Positions 6,197 through 15,709 of a DNA stretch of 25,399 bases are shown in pieces. The stretch is taken from positions 1-25,399 of the forward strand of contig JAKLKT010000002.1 in the NCBI GenBank assembly GCA_023150495.1, given 5' to 3'. Origin of the DNA: Planctomycetota bacterium (GTDB lineage: Bacteria > Planctomycetota > PLA2). Under the pieces are notes generated by a model that worked only from the letters and a program-made list of their open reading frames with translations, ran no database searches and was not told where the DNA came from. Positions within the stretch are counted from its first letter, which is position 1. The number at the start of each line of letters is the position of its first letter. The translations under genes were made by a program, and so were the position numbers.

Positions 6197-7557
6197 CTAG
6201 TACTGGATGAAGGTCTGGAGGACGTCCTCGGTCACGACGATCGCGCCGAGCGTCGCCGCCGTGTCCATGACCTCGCGGATGCGCGCCGCGCGCTGCGCCT
6301 TCGCCTTCTCCTCGTTCGCCGCCGCCTCCTCGGGCGTGCCCGCCTCGGCCTCGATGTCGACCGGCAGCCGCTCTCGGCGAGGCGGCGCTTGGCGAGATCG
6401 CTCGGGTAGTAGCGCAGGTTGCCGTAGATGTGGACGCGGAGCTTCTTGTGCGGGTCGTAGAACGGGCTCGAGAAGCTCATCCCCTGGGCGACCGGCACGC
6501 GCGCGCTGAAGAGCTTGGTCACGCGGGCCTTGGCGCTCGTGTCGCTGACATCGATGACCTCGACCTCAGCCACGTTCTCGCGCACGTTGCCCTTGCCGAT
6601 GCGCCAGACGCGGAACTTCATGTTCGGCGCGACGCGGAAGTTCTTGCCCTTGTCGAGGAAGACGAGCCCCTGCCGCGCGTCCGCGACGAGGACCTCCCCG
6701 TCCTTCGGGTCCTCCTTCATCGCGATCTCCATCTTGCTCTTCTCGTTGATGATGCGGCTCAGGAGCGCCTGCTTCTCGATGTCGGACATGCGCTTCGACT
6801 TGCTGTACTCGGCGACGAGCGCCCCGATCTTCGCCTGCGACTCGTCGTTCCTCGCCGACGCCTGGTTCACCTGGTCCTGCATCTGGTCGGCGCGCGTCTT
6901 CTCGGTGTCGAAGGCCTGCGCCTTGCTCGCGATGTCGGTCTGGAACTGCGTGGCCTGCTCGTTGACCTTCGCCTGGAGCTGCGCGGTCCGGGTCTGGTAG
7001 CTCTTGTACTCGGTCTCGAACATGCCGTTGTTGTCCTCGATCGCCTTCGCCGCGTAGGCGAACTGCGACGCGAGCGGGGCGAGGAAGCCCTGGAAGGTGA
7101 TCGTCTCCTTCACGAAGGGCGTGCCGAAGAGCTGGATCGAGGTGGTGTCGCCCGTCTCGGTGACCCTCACGGTGTTGCCCGTCTTGTCCACCTGGTACTG
7201 GCGGTTCTTGACCTTCGCCGTGCTCTTCGAGGCGAGCTCCGCCGCCTGGTCCATCATCCACTGCGAGACCTTGTCCTTGATGAGGGCAGCCGTGGGATAG
7301 ACGGTCTTGCCGCCCTCCTCCTTGGGCTGGAGCTCGTTGATCCCGAGGCCGGCGATTTCGACCCACGCGCCGTAGGCCTTGCGCGCGCCGTCGAGGATCT
7401 CGATGCTCTGCGCGTTCTGCGCCCTGAGCTTCGCCGCCTCCGCCTGCCACGTGGACGCGTCGTCCGACTTCATGAAGAAGAGGCCGATCGCGACGACCAG
7501 CAGCACGATCATGGCGATGAACGGCATGTTGCCGATGCCGCGTTCCCGCATACGCAT
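6197..7557 (-). pseudogene. Membrane-anchored coiled-coil protein with a probable C-terminal BRCT-like region, interrupted by a frameshift/deletion near 6364-6370
   Basis: ATG 7557 with AAGGAG SD, an N-terminal TM helix (MPFIAMIVLLVVAIGLFF) and long heptad-like Q/K/E/A stretches. After ...RLAESGC the frame becomes Arg-rich nonsense, while the adjacent frame reads PVDIEAEAGTPEEAAANEEKAKAQRAARIREVMDTAATLGAIVVTEDVLQTFIQY* to TAG 6197. The BRCT call is from recall of similar planctomycete proteins and is not verified. Confidence 0.7.
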
Positions 7558-7626
7558 GAAGAGCTCCTTGGGCCCGTGGACAGGGGGCCGAGTGGTTCCG
7601 CCGGGCCGCTTCAACCCGGACGCGAA

Positions 7627-7656
7627 ACCTTACCCGAGCCGGCGGAGCCGCGTCAA
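7627..7656 (-). promoter_or_regulatory. Sigma70-type promoter TTGACG-N18-TAAGGT for the coiled-coil gene
   Basis: -35 at 7656-7651, -10 at 7632-7627, about 70 nt upstream of ATG 7557. Divergent from the coaE promoter. Confidence 0.6.
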
Positions 7657-7725
7657 CGGGGCAGTCGCCCGCTTGGCGGGGCCCCCGGGGTCCCTTCCCG
7701 GCAGGCGTCGGGGGGCTTGGACGCC

Positions 7726-7754
7726 TTGACGCCCCCCGGCCCCCCTGCTAACGT
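7726..7754 (+). promoter_or_regulatory. Sigma70-type promoter TTGACG-N17-TAACGT with extended -10 (TGn) for coaE-rho
   Basis: -35 at 7726-7731, TG at 7746-7747, -10 at 7749-7754. The spacer contains C-tract motif C (7732-7745). Confidence 0.75.
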
Positions 7755-7832
7755 CCCTGCCGGCCAAGGCACCTTCCCGGCTCCTCCGGCCTTCCGCCCT
7801 GGCATCCTTTTCCCCTACCGGCCGCTTCGGCC

Positions 7833-8426
7833 ATGTCTCGCCTCGTCATCGGGCTCGTCGGCGGCATCGCCTCGGGCAAGAGCACGGTCGCGAGGCTCTG
7901 GGCCCTCGAGACGGCGGCCGTCCACGTGGACGCGGATGCGATCGCGCGCGAGGTCCTCGGGCGAAGGGAGGTGCTCGCCGCCCTCCGGCGGCGGATCAAG
8001 GGCCTCGGAAAGGGAAGGATCGACCGCCAGATGCTCGCCGAGAAGGTGTTCAAGGACCCCCGCGCGCTGAAGGCGCTCGAGGAGGTCACGCACCCGCGGA
8101 TCCGCGAGGCGATCGTCCTCGCGATCGGGCGAGCCAAGGCGCGCCACGTGCTCCTCGACGCGGCACTCCTCCAGGAGACCGGCGCGGACGAGCTCTGCGA
8201 CGCCGTCGTCTACGTCGCCTGCCCCGCGCGGAAGCGCCGTGCGCGCACGCGGCGCACCCGGGGCTGGACGGACGCGCACCACCGGGCTCGCGAGGCGCGG
8301 CAGTGGTCCTGCATGAGGAAGCGCGCCCGGGCGGATCTCTCGATCGACAACTCGGACGGGCAGGAGCGCACCCGGAGCGAGGTGCGACGGCTCATCGCGC
8401 GGCTCGGTCCGCGCACCAAGAGGTAG
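7833..8426 (+). CDS. coaE: Dephospho-CoA kinase, 197 aa
   Basis: [57 protein letters not shown]. Confidence 0.95.
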   Translation: MSRLVIGLVGGIASGKSTVARLWALETAAVHVDADAIAREVLGRREVLAALRRRIKGLGKGRIDRQMLAEKVFKDPRALKALEEVTHPRIREAIVLAIGRAKARHVLLDAALLQETGADELCDAVVYVACPARKRRARTRRTRGWTDAHHRAREARQWSCMRKRARADLSIDNSDGQERTRSEVRRLIARLGPRTKR

Positions 8427-8430
8427 AAGC

Positions 8431-9834
8431 ATGGCAGCGAAGCGAGGCGCCGCGAAGGCGGCCCCGTCCCGGCGTCGGGCGGCGGAGGAGGAGGAAGCGG
8501 TCGAGACGGCGGCCCCCGAGGCCCCCCCGGCTCCGCCCCCCGTCGACCTCGGCGACATCCTGAAGCGGCTCGACAAGGGCGAGGCCCACATCCATGAGCT
8601 GCAGAAGCTCGGGCTGCCCGAGATCATCGATCTCGCCGGCAAGCGCGGGATCCCCGACGCGAGCGGCATCACGAAGCAGGACCTGATCCTCCGCGTGCTC
8701 CGCACGAGCGCCGCCGACGAGGGCGCGCTGATGGGCGAGGGGGTGCTCGAGATCCTGCCGGACGGCTTCGGGTTCCTCCGCTCGCCGCTCCATTCCTACA
8801 CGGCGTCGCCCGACGACATCTACATCTCGCCCTCGCAGATCCGGCGGCTCGGCCTCCGGAGCGGCTGCCACATCGCGGGCGCGATCCGGCCGCCGAAGGA
8901 GGGCGAGCGGTACTTCGCGCTCCTGCGGGTCGAGACGGTCAACAGCGGGCCGCCGGAGCTCGCGGCGACGCGGCCGGTCTTCGAGGACCTGACGCCGCTC
9001 TACCCCGACAAGCGGCTCATCCTCGAGACGCGGAAGGAGACCGTCGAGACGCGCATCATCGACATGCTCTCCCCCGTCGGGAAGGGGCAGCGCGGCCTCA
9101 TCGTCTCGCCGCCGCGCGCGGGCAAGACGATCATCCTCCAGCTCATCGCGAACGCGATCAGCGCGAACCACCCCGAGTGCGACCTCATCATCCTCCTCCT
9201 CGACGAGCGGCCCGAGGAGGTGACGGACATGGAGCGGAACACGAAGGCGGAGGTGATCTCCTCGACCTTCGACGAGCCGCCGTCGCGGCACTGCATCGTC
9301 GCGGAGATGGTCATCAACAAGGCGAAGCGGCTCGTCGAGGCGGGGCGCGACGTCGTGATCCTGCTCGACTCGATCACGCGCATGGGCCGCGCGTACAACG
9401 CCGAGGCGCCGCACAGCGGCCGCATCCTCACCGGCGGCATCGACGCGGCGGCGCTCCAGAAGCCGAAGCGGTTCTTCGGCGCGGCCCGCAACATCGAGGA
9501 GGGCGGCAGCTTGACGATCCTCGGCACCGCGCTCATCGACACCGGCTCGCGGATGGACGAGGTGATCTTCGAGGAGTTCAAGGGCACCGGCAACATGGAG
9601 CTCGTGCTCGACCGGCGCCTCGCCGAGCGCCGCATCTGGCCGGCGATGGATCTCCAGCGGTCGGGCACGCGCAAGGAGGAGCTCCTGCTCCACCCGGACG
9701 AGCTCCAGCGCGTCTACCTGCTGCGGAAGATCTTGAACGAGATGCAGCTGCCGGAGGCGATGACGCTCCTCAGGAGCCGGCTCGAGAAGACGCAGAGCAA
9801 CGCGGAGTTCCTGCTCTCCCTCGACCTCCGGTAG
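8431..9834 (+). CDS. rho: Transcription termination factor Rho, 467 aa
   Basis: [112 protein letters not shown]. Confidence 0.99.
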   Translation: MAAKRGAAKAAPSRRRAAEEEEAVETAAPEAPPAPPPVDLGDILKRLDKGEAHIHELQKLGLPEIIDLAGKRGIPDASGITKQDLILRVLRTSAADEGALMGEGVLEILPDGFGFLRSPLHSYTASPDDIYISPSQIRRLGLRSGCHIAGAIRPPKEGERYFALLRVETVNSGPPELAATRPVFEDLTPLYPDKRLILETRKETVETRIIDMLSPVGKGQRGLIVSPPRAGKTIILQLIANAISANHPECDLIILLLDERPEEVTDMERNTKAEVISSTFDEPPSRHCIVAEMVINKAKRLVEAGRDVVILLDSITRMGRAYNAEAPHSGRILTGGIDAAALQKPKRFFGAARNIEEGGSLTILGTALIDTGSRMDEVIFEEFKGTGNMELVLDRRLAERRIWPAMDLQRSGTRKEELLLHPDELQRVYLLRKILNEMQLPEAMTLLRSRLEKTQSNAEFLLSLDLR

Positions 9835-9835
9835 A

Positions 9836-10435
9836 TCAGCCCTCCTTCCGCTCCCGCGCGAGCTCGAGGACCTTCAGCACGTACGCGCGCGTCTCGCCAT
9901 ACGCCTTGTGGCGGAGCGCGCGCGCCGGGTCGGGCTCCTCCGCGAGCCACTGGTCGACCTTCCCCGGGCCCGCGTTGTACGCCATCAGCGCGAGGCGCAC
10001 GTCGCCCCGGTACCGGTCGAGCATCCGGCGGAGGTAGCGGCAGCCGAGGTCGAGATTCACCTCGGGGTCGAAGAGCTCGTCGATCGTGACGTCGCGGCCG
10101 GCCATGTCCCGCGCCGTCGGGATCCGCACCTGCATGAGGCCGTAGGCCTGCGCGCGCGACACGGCCGACGGGTTCCCCCCGGACTCCGCCTCCACGACCG
10201 CGGCCACGAGGTCCGCGTCGAGGTTGTGGCGCGCGGCCGCCATCGCGATGTCCGGGAGGAGCTCCTCGACGGAGCGCCGGTGCGCGATCACGAGGATGGC
10301 GATGCTGCCGAGCAGCGAGAAGAGAAGGCCGCCCCAGATCAGGGGCCGGCGGCTGCCCTGCGGCGCCTCGGGGAGGGGGGGCGCGGGGGGGAGGGAGCCC
10401 TCTGATCCGGGGAGCGTCGCGGCCTCGTCCGGCAC
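9836..10435 (-). CDS. Membrane-anchored lytic transglycosylase (SLT domain), about 199 aa
   Basis: Last about 200 aa of ORF 9836..13633. TM segment LIWGGLLFSLLGSIAILVIA, VVEAESGGNPSAVSRAQAYGLMQV, LFDPEVNLDLGCRYL, ALMAYNAGPG, YGETRAYV. GTG start is tentative. Confidence 0.9.
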   Translation of the reverse strand: MPDEAATLPGSEGSLPPAPPLPEAPQGSRRPLIWGGLLFSLLGSIAILVIAHRRSVEELLPDIAMAAARHNLDADLVAAVVEAESGGNPSAVSRAQAYGLMQVRIPTARDMAGRDVTIDELFDPEVNLDLGCRYLRRMLDRYRGDVRLALMAYNAGPGKVDQWLAEEPDPARALRHKAYGETRAYVLKVLELARERKEG

Positions 10436-10458
10436 CCCGCAAGCGTAACCGCGCCCGG

Positions 10459-13400
10459 CTACCCGTTCTTCCGCGCCTCCTCGGCCTTCTTGTAGGCGTC
10501 CCACCACTCGTGGTACGCGCGGATCGCGGCCTCCGCGTCCTCGGCCGAGGTCGCGTAGCTGATCTCCTGCGGCGCCCCCGACTCGACCCGCATGTTGAGG
10601 AGGTAGGAGGCGTTCCGGGGGAGGTACCACTCCTTGTCCCGGAGCGCCTTGAGCAGCACCGGGACCATCGCGTCCGACGGCGCGGCGAGCGCCGGCGCCG
10701 CCACCCAGTCGGCGAACGCCCTCACGTCGTAGCCGCGCTGCTCGAGCGCGTCCCGGAACCACACGCGCGCGTTCGCCGTGCCCTGCGCCGTGGCCCAGCC
10801 CTGGTAGCTCTTCGCCTGCTCCGCGTAGCTCTCGCTCTCGAACGCCTGGCTCGTGAGGATCTGGAGGTGGCGGACCGCGGCGCGCGTGCTGCGGCCGGTC
10901 CGGAGCATCCGGATGAGCGGGACGAGCGCGGCGTCGTCCCATCGGCGGGCGAGGCCGAGCGCCGCGGCCTCGGCGGAGAGCTCGTCGTCGCCCTTCACGA
11001 CCGCGCGCAGGAGGTCGAGGGGCCGGTCGCTCCGGAACCGCGCGAGCACGTTGACGAGCGCCACGCGCTCCGGGTCGGCCGCCGCCGTCTCCTGGAGGCG
11101 CTCCATCAGTTGCTCGACGAGCGCCGGGCTCTCGAGGCGCACGAGCGCGTCGGCAGCGGCCGCGCGGACGCGCACATCCGCCTCCGTCGCGAAGACGCCG
11201 AGGATGATCCCCGCCCCCTCGGGCTCCCCCCCTTCGACGAGGCCGTCGATCGCGCGGACGCGCACCTCGGGGTTCACGTCGCCCGCCTCGCCCTTCTTCC
11301 GGCCGAGCAGCAGCGCGCGGGCACCCTCGCGCCCCTCGTTCCCGCCGAGGATGCCGAAGCCGAAGGCCGCGGCCCCGCGCACGTCGGCCGTCTCGTTCGT
11401 CGCGAGGTCGCGGAGGACCGGCAGCGACTCGGGCGCCTTCAAGCGCGCGAGCTCGCCGGCCGCGGCCATGCGGACGAGGAGCTCCTCGTCGTCGAGGCGC
11501 GCGACGAGGAGCGGCTTCGTTACCGCGGGGTCGCGCCCCGCGAGCGCCTCGACCGCCGCCTGACGCACCTTCCAGCGCGGGTCGACGGCGAGGGTCGCCA
11601 CGCGGCCGTCGTCCAGCGACGCGCAGAGGCGCGTGAGAAGGCGCTTCGCGTCGAGGCCGATCATGTCGGCGAGGATGTCGACGAGCGGCTTCGTGGCACG
11701 GTCGCCCGCCGCGGGCACGAGGAGGTCGATGGCCGCGGCGACGAACTCGTTCGCGTCCCGCTCCGAGGCCACGGCGGCCACGAAGGACCGCACCTCCGCG
11801 TCGGTGAGCGCGGCGCCGCCCCCCGGCAGCTCCCGCGCGGTGCGCGCCGCGTCGACGCGCTCCTCGACGGAGACGAGGCTCTTGAGCGACGAGGCGATCA
11901 TCCCGCGCAGGTGGGCGGCCCTCTCCGCGGGATCGGCGTGCTCCTTGAACCACTTCTGCTCCTCGAGGAAGAAGAGGTCCCAGTTCGGCTGCGTGTCGAT
12001 CGACCACCACCTCTGCCACGCGAACTCGAGGGCGAGCGCCTTGACCTCGCGCACGAGGTCGTCCCGGATCGCGGTCAGACCCTCGCCGGCTCCGAACGCC
12101 GCCGTCCGGTCGAGGTCGCCGACGCGGACGGTGACGACCGCCGCCTCGGGGTCCAACGCTCCCGCGTCGGCCTGCGGCGCCTCGAAGAACGCGTAGCGCT
12201 TGAGCAGCGCGACGAGGCGCGCCATGTCCGCCGCGGGGAGCGCGAGCGCGGTTCCGTGCAGATAGACGGGACGCTTCGAGCCCGCGGTGGTGAACCGCAC
12301 GCGGCGCCCGCCGGCGGAGGCCGGGGCGGTGGCGTCGATCTCGAGGTCGGGAAGGTCGCGCTCCTCGACGTCGAGCAGCTCCCGCTTCGCGCGGAACAGC
12401 CGGCCGTGGTCGGTCCACCACTGCGCCCAAGCGGGGGCGTTGTCGGGCAGCGTCTGGCCGGTGATCCGCCGGAGCATCGCGTAGGAGAGCGGCATGACCG
12501 AGCCGAAGTCGCGGTAGTGCTGGTTCCGGGCGCCGACCGAGTCGATGAGCACGATCGGGATCTCCCGGTCGAGCAGGCGGACGAGCTCCGGGTCGTTCGT
12601 CCGGAGCGCGGCCTGCGCGAGCGCGAGCGCGGCCGCCGCGCGGGCGAGCGGCTCCTTCACGTGGGCGAGCCCCCTCTCCCCGCGGAGCGCCTGCACCGTC
12701 GCGGGATCGAGCGAGGGCTCGCGGTAGGCCGAGGAGTAGAGCGTGAGCGCGAGGGCGGCGTAGGAGCGCTGGCGCCAGTAGCTCGCCTCCTTCGTGATCA
12801 GCTCGTTCAGCGCCTTGACGTTCTCGGGCTCCTTCCGCGCCGCGAGCAGCCGCATCGCCCGGCCCGCGACCTGCGGCGACTCGTCCCCGAGGGAGCGGTA
12901 GAACCAGTCCGCGACGTCCTTCCAATCGGCCTGCTTCGTCTCGACCAGCCGGTCGAGGAGGCGGAGGCCGATCTCGCGCGTGAACGGCCGCTCGGACTTG
13001 CGGCGGTCGAGCAGGTCGAGGACCGCCGGCAGGTTGGCCGCGGTCACGTGGTTCATCACGAACTGCGTCGCCTCGTGGCGGAGCGTCGTGTCCGAGGTCC
13101 GGAAGAAGCGGAACGCCTCGGAGACCGCGGTGTCCTTGTCGAGGCGCACGGCCGCCTCGAGGAAGACGGATGCCTGGTTGTGCTGCTCCTTCTCGGCGGC
13201 GACGAGCAGGAGCGTGACGACGTGCTCCTTGCCGCCGATGCGGCCGACCACGTACGCGGCGCCCGGCTTCAGCCCGGCCATCTCGGGCTCCGCGGCCACG
13301 AGGACGCCGACGACGAGCGGGAGGCTCCGCTCCTTCTGCACGATGAGCCGCTCCGCCGCCTGCCGCGCGGAGGGCGCGGGCCAGCCGCGCAGCCCCTGGA

Positions 13401-13578
13401 GCGTGCGCTCGAGGGAGTCGTCGCGCTGGTCCTCCGCGGGCGCCGCGGGCGCGGCCGACTCGGGCAGGTGGAACGCCGGCTTCTTCCTGCCCTCCTGGGC
13501 GAAGGCGGGCGGGCTGTCCGCGAGGAGCGCGAAGAGCGCGAGGAAGAAGGGAGGGTTCGGGAACCTGGGCCTCCGCAT
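10459..13578 (-). CDS. Large exported HEAT/armadillo-repeat protein, 1039 aa
   Basis: Signal-peptide-like N-terminus (FFLALFALLADSPPAFA). Repeated D/E-x-x-VR-x-AA-x-x-AL units (DPRWKVRQAAVEALA, DEELLVRMAAAGELA, ETADVRGAAAFGFG, NPEVRVRAIDGL, EADVRVRAAAADAL). Confidence 0.8.
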   Translation of the reverse strand: MRRPRFPNPPFFLALFALLADSPPAFAQEGRKKPAFHLPESAAPAAPAEDQRDDSLERTLQGLRGWPAPSARQAAERLIVQKERSLPLVVGVLVAAEPEMAGLKPGAAYVVGRIGGKEHVVTLLLVAAEKEQHNQASVFLEAAVRLDKDTAVSEAFRFFRTSDTTLRHEATQFVMNHVTAANLPAVLDLLDRRKSERPFTREIGLRLLDRLVETKQADWKDVADWFYRSLGDESPQVAGRAMRLLAARKEPENVKALNELITKEASYWRQRSYAALALTLYSSAYREPSLDPATVQALRGERGLAHVKEPLARAAAALALAQAALRTNDPELVRLLDREIPIVLIDSVGARNQHYRDFGSVMPLSYAMLRRITGQTLPDNAPAWAQWWTDHGRLFRAKRELLDVEERDLPDLEIDATAPASAGGRRVRFTTAGSKRPVYLHGTALALPAADMARLVALLKRYAFFEAPQADAGALDPEAAVVTVRVGDLDRTAAFGAGEGLTAIRDDLVREVKALALEFAWQRWWSIDTQPNWDLFFLEEQKWFKEHADPAERAAHLRGMIASSLKSLVSVEERVDAARTARELPGGGAALTDAEVRSFVAAVASERDANEFVAAAIDLLVPAAGDRATKPLVDILADMIGLDAKRLLTRLCASLDDGRVATLAVDPRWKVRQAAVEALAGRDPAVTKPLLVARLDDEELLVRMAAAGELARLKAPESLPVLRDLATNETADVRGAAAFGFGILGGNEGREGARALLLGRKKGEAGDVNPEVRVRAIDGLVEGGEPEGAGIILGVFATEADVRVRAAAADALVRLESPALVEQLMERLQETAAADPERVALVNVLARFRSDRPLDLLRAVVKGDDELSAEAAALGLARRWDDAALVPLIRMLRTGRSTRAAVRHLQILTSQAFESESYAEQAKSYQGWATAQGTANARVWFRDALEQRGYDVRAFADWVAAPALAAPSDAMVPVLLKALRDKEWYLPRNASYLLNMRVESGAPQEISYATSAEDAEAAIRAYHEWWDAYKKAEEARKNG

Positions 13579-13634
13579 GAGACCGGAGAGGATCCGGGCA
13601 GCAGGTCATGGGCGGGTCATGAGGCGCGGGCACC

Positions 13635-13648
13635 CCCCCCGGCCCCCC
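13635..13648 (+). repeat. C-tract motif family C (CCCCCCGGCCCCCC)
   Basis: Exact 14-mer also at 7732-7745 and 24488-24501 (reverse). This copy directly abuts the recG stop. Confidence 0.5.
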
Positions 13649-15709
13649 CTACCCCACGTCGAAGAGCCCGAACCGCCCGGCGAAAGCCCGTTTGAGCTCG
13701 GCCTTCAGGAGCGGCTCCTTCGAGAGCGCCGGATCCGCGTCGAGGAGCGCGAACGCGTCCTTCCGCGCCTCCTCGAGCACCGCGTGGTCCCGCGTGAGAT
13801 CCGCGACCTTGAACTCCGGGAGCCCGTGCTGCCGCGTGCCGAAGAACTCGCCCGGCCCGCGCAGCCGGAGGTCCTCCTCCGCGATCTTGAAGCCGTCGTG
13901 CGTCGCCTCGAGGACGTCGAGCCGCGCCCGCGCCTCCTCGGAGAGCCGGCCCGCGGCCACGAGGAAGCAGAAGGAGGCCGCGGCGCCGCGCCCGATCCGG
14001 CCGCGCAGCTGGTGGAGCGTCGAGAGGCCGAAGCGCTCGGCGTTCTCGACGACCATCACGGTCGCGTTGCCGACGTCGAGGCCGACCTCGAGCACCGTCG
14101 TGCCGACGAGCACGTCGACCGCGCCCCTGCGGAACGCGTCCATCGTCGCGCCGCGCTCCTCGGGCGGCGTCCGGCCGGTGACGAGGCCGAGCCGCAGCCC
14201 CGCGAGCGGGCCCTCCGCGAGGCGCCGGCAGCCCTCCTCGGCCGCCTGCGCGTCGACCTCCTCGGACTCCTCGACGAGCGGGAAGACGACGTATGCCTGG
14301 CGCCCGCGCCCCACCTCCTCGCGCACCTTGCCGTACGCGAGGCCCGCGCGGCCGCGGGTGAGGATGCGCGTCCTCGGCGGGACGCGCCCGGGCGGCAGCG
14401 CGTCGATGACGGACACGTCGAGGTCGCCGTACGCGGTGAGCGCGAGCGTGCGGGGGATCGGCGTCGCGGTCATCACGAGCACGTCGGGCCGCGAGCCCTT
14501 CCGGATGAGGGTCGCGCGCTGCGCGACGCCGAACTTGTGCTGCTCGTCCACGACCACGAGCCCGAGCGCCGCGAAGGCGACGGACGGCTCGAGGAGCGCG
14601 TGGGTGCCGACCACGAGGTCGATCCCGCCGTCGGCGAGGCGCGCGAGGACCTCCTTCCGCTCCGCCTGCGGCGTGCTGCCGACGAGCAGCGCGGTCGAGA
14701 CCTCCGAGCCCCGGAGGTAGGCCCCGAGCGTCGCCATGTGCTGGCGGGCGAGGACCTCCGTCGGCGCGAGGAAGGCGACCTGCTTCCGGTTCGCGACCGA
14801 GACGAGCGCCGCGTAGACGGCCACGGCGGTCTTCCCCGAGCCCACGTCGCCCTGGAGCAGCCGGTGCATGGGCTCCGGCGACCGCAGGTCGCGGAGGATC
14901 TCCGCGAGCGCGCGCTCCTGCGCGTCCGTGAGCGCGAAGGGCAGCCGCGCGCGGATGCGCGCATCGAGCGTCCTGCTCCACCTGTGCGCGATCCCCCGCT
15001 CGAGGCGCGTCTTCCGGTGCCGGATCGCGAGCGCCACCTCGTAGAGGAAGAGCTCCTGGTACCGGAGCCGGTCCTTCGCCCGCTCGAGCGCCTCGCGATC
15101 CGCCGGGAAGTGCGCGTCCCTGAGCGCGGCCGGGAGCGGCGCGAGGTTCCGCGCGGCCCGGATCCGCTCGGGGAGCGGATCCTCGACCTTGCCGACCGCC
15201 TCCTCGATCGCGACGTGGATCGCGCGCCGCAGCGCCGGCGCCGTGACGCCCTCGCTCAGCGGGTAGATGGGGACGATGCGGCCGGCGTGGAGGGGGTCCT
15301 CGCCGCGCAGCACCTCGAGCTCGGGCTGGGTGAGCCGGCCGTTCCTGAACCTCCCGAAGAGGATCACGTCGGCGCCCGCGGGGATCCTCTTCGCGAGCCA
15401 CGGCATGTTCCACCAGCGGACGTCGACAAAACCGCTCGCGTCCGTGACGGTCGCCTGCACGTAGGAGGTCCGCCCGCGCAGGTGGACGGCGCGGACCGCC
15501 TCGACGCGGCCGCGGACGACGGCGGTCTCGCCGTCCTCGAGGCTCGCGAGGGGCCGGAAGGTCGTCCGGTCCTCGTGCCGTCGCGGGAGGTGGAAGAGGA
15601 GGTCGCGGACCGTCAGGAGCCCGAGCGCGCGGAGCGCCGAGGGCTTCGCCATGCCGAGGCCGGGCAGGTTCCCGGGGTCGTCGGCGAGCTCCACGGACGG
15701 CCCCCGCAC
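13649..15709 (-). CDS. recG: ATP-dependent DNA helicase RecG, about 686 aa
   Basis: Wedge/OB region (LTVRDLLFHLPRRHED, PIYPLSEG), RLLQGDVGSGKT, LAPTEVLARQH, VVDEQHKFG, MTATPIPRTL, AERFGLSTLHQLRGRIGRG, DGFKIAEEDLRLRGPGE. Alternative GTG start at 15694. Confidence 0.98.
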   Translation of the reverse strand: MRGPSVELADDPGNLPGLGMAKPSALRALGLLTVRDLLFHLPRRHEDRTTFRPLASLEDGETAVVRGRVEAVRAVHLRGRTSYVQATVTDASGFVDVRWWNMPWLAKRIPAGADVILFGRFRNGRLTQPELEVLRGEDPLHAGRIVPIYPLSEGVTAPALRRAIHVAIEEAVGKVEDPLPERIRAARNLAPLPAALRDAHFPADREALERAKDRLRYQELFLYEVALAIRHRKTRLERGIAHRWSRTLDARIRARLPFALTDAQERALAEILRDLRSPEPMHRLLQGDVGSGKTAVAVYAALVSVANRKQVAFLAPTEVLARQHMATLGAYLRGSEVSTALLVGSTPQAERKEVLARLADGGIDLVVGTHALLEPSVAFAALGLVVVDEQHKFGVAQRATLIRKGSRPDVLVMTATPIPRTLALTAYGDLDVSVIDALPPGRVPPRTRILTRGRAGLAYGKVREEVGRGRQAYVVFPLVEESEEVDAQAAEEGCRRLAEGPLAGLRLGLVTGRTPPEERGATMDAFRRGAVDVLVGTTVLEVGLDVGNATVMVVENAERFGLSTLHQLRGRIGRGAAASFCFLVAAGRLSEEARARLDVLEATHDGFKIAEEDLRLRGPGEFFGTRQHGLPEFKVADLTRDHAVLEEARKDAFALLDADPALSKEPLLKAELKRAFAGRFGLFDVG

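Noticed and set aside
6360-6420. Programmed -1 ribosomal frameshift in the coiled-coil gene
   Set aside because: No slippery heptamer or clear downstream stimulator was found. A deletion or assembly error is more parsimonious; the frameshift itself is kept as a finding.
8500-8545. C-rich tracts inside rho, ychF (4660-4685) and slt (10370-10395) as extra repeat copies
   Set aside because: They encode Pro-rich linkers and do not match the exact junction motifs, so codon content explains them.
9836-13633. 1265-aa ORF apparently fusing a long N-terminal region to the SLT domain
   Set aside because: The upstream about 1060 aa are an Arg/Gly/Pro-rich alternative frame of the HEAT gene, typical of GC-rich shadow ORFs. 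Only the last about 200 aa look like a real protein.
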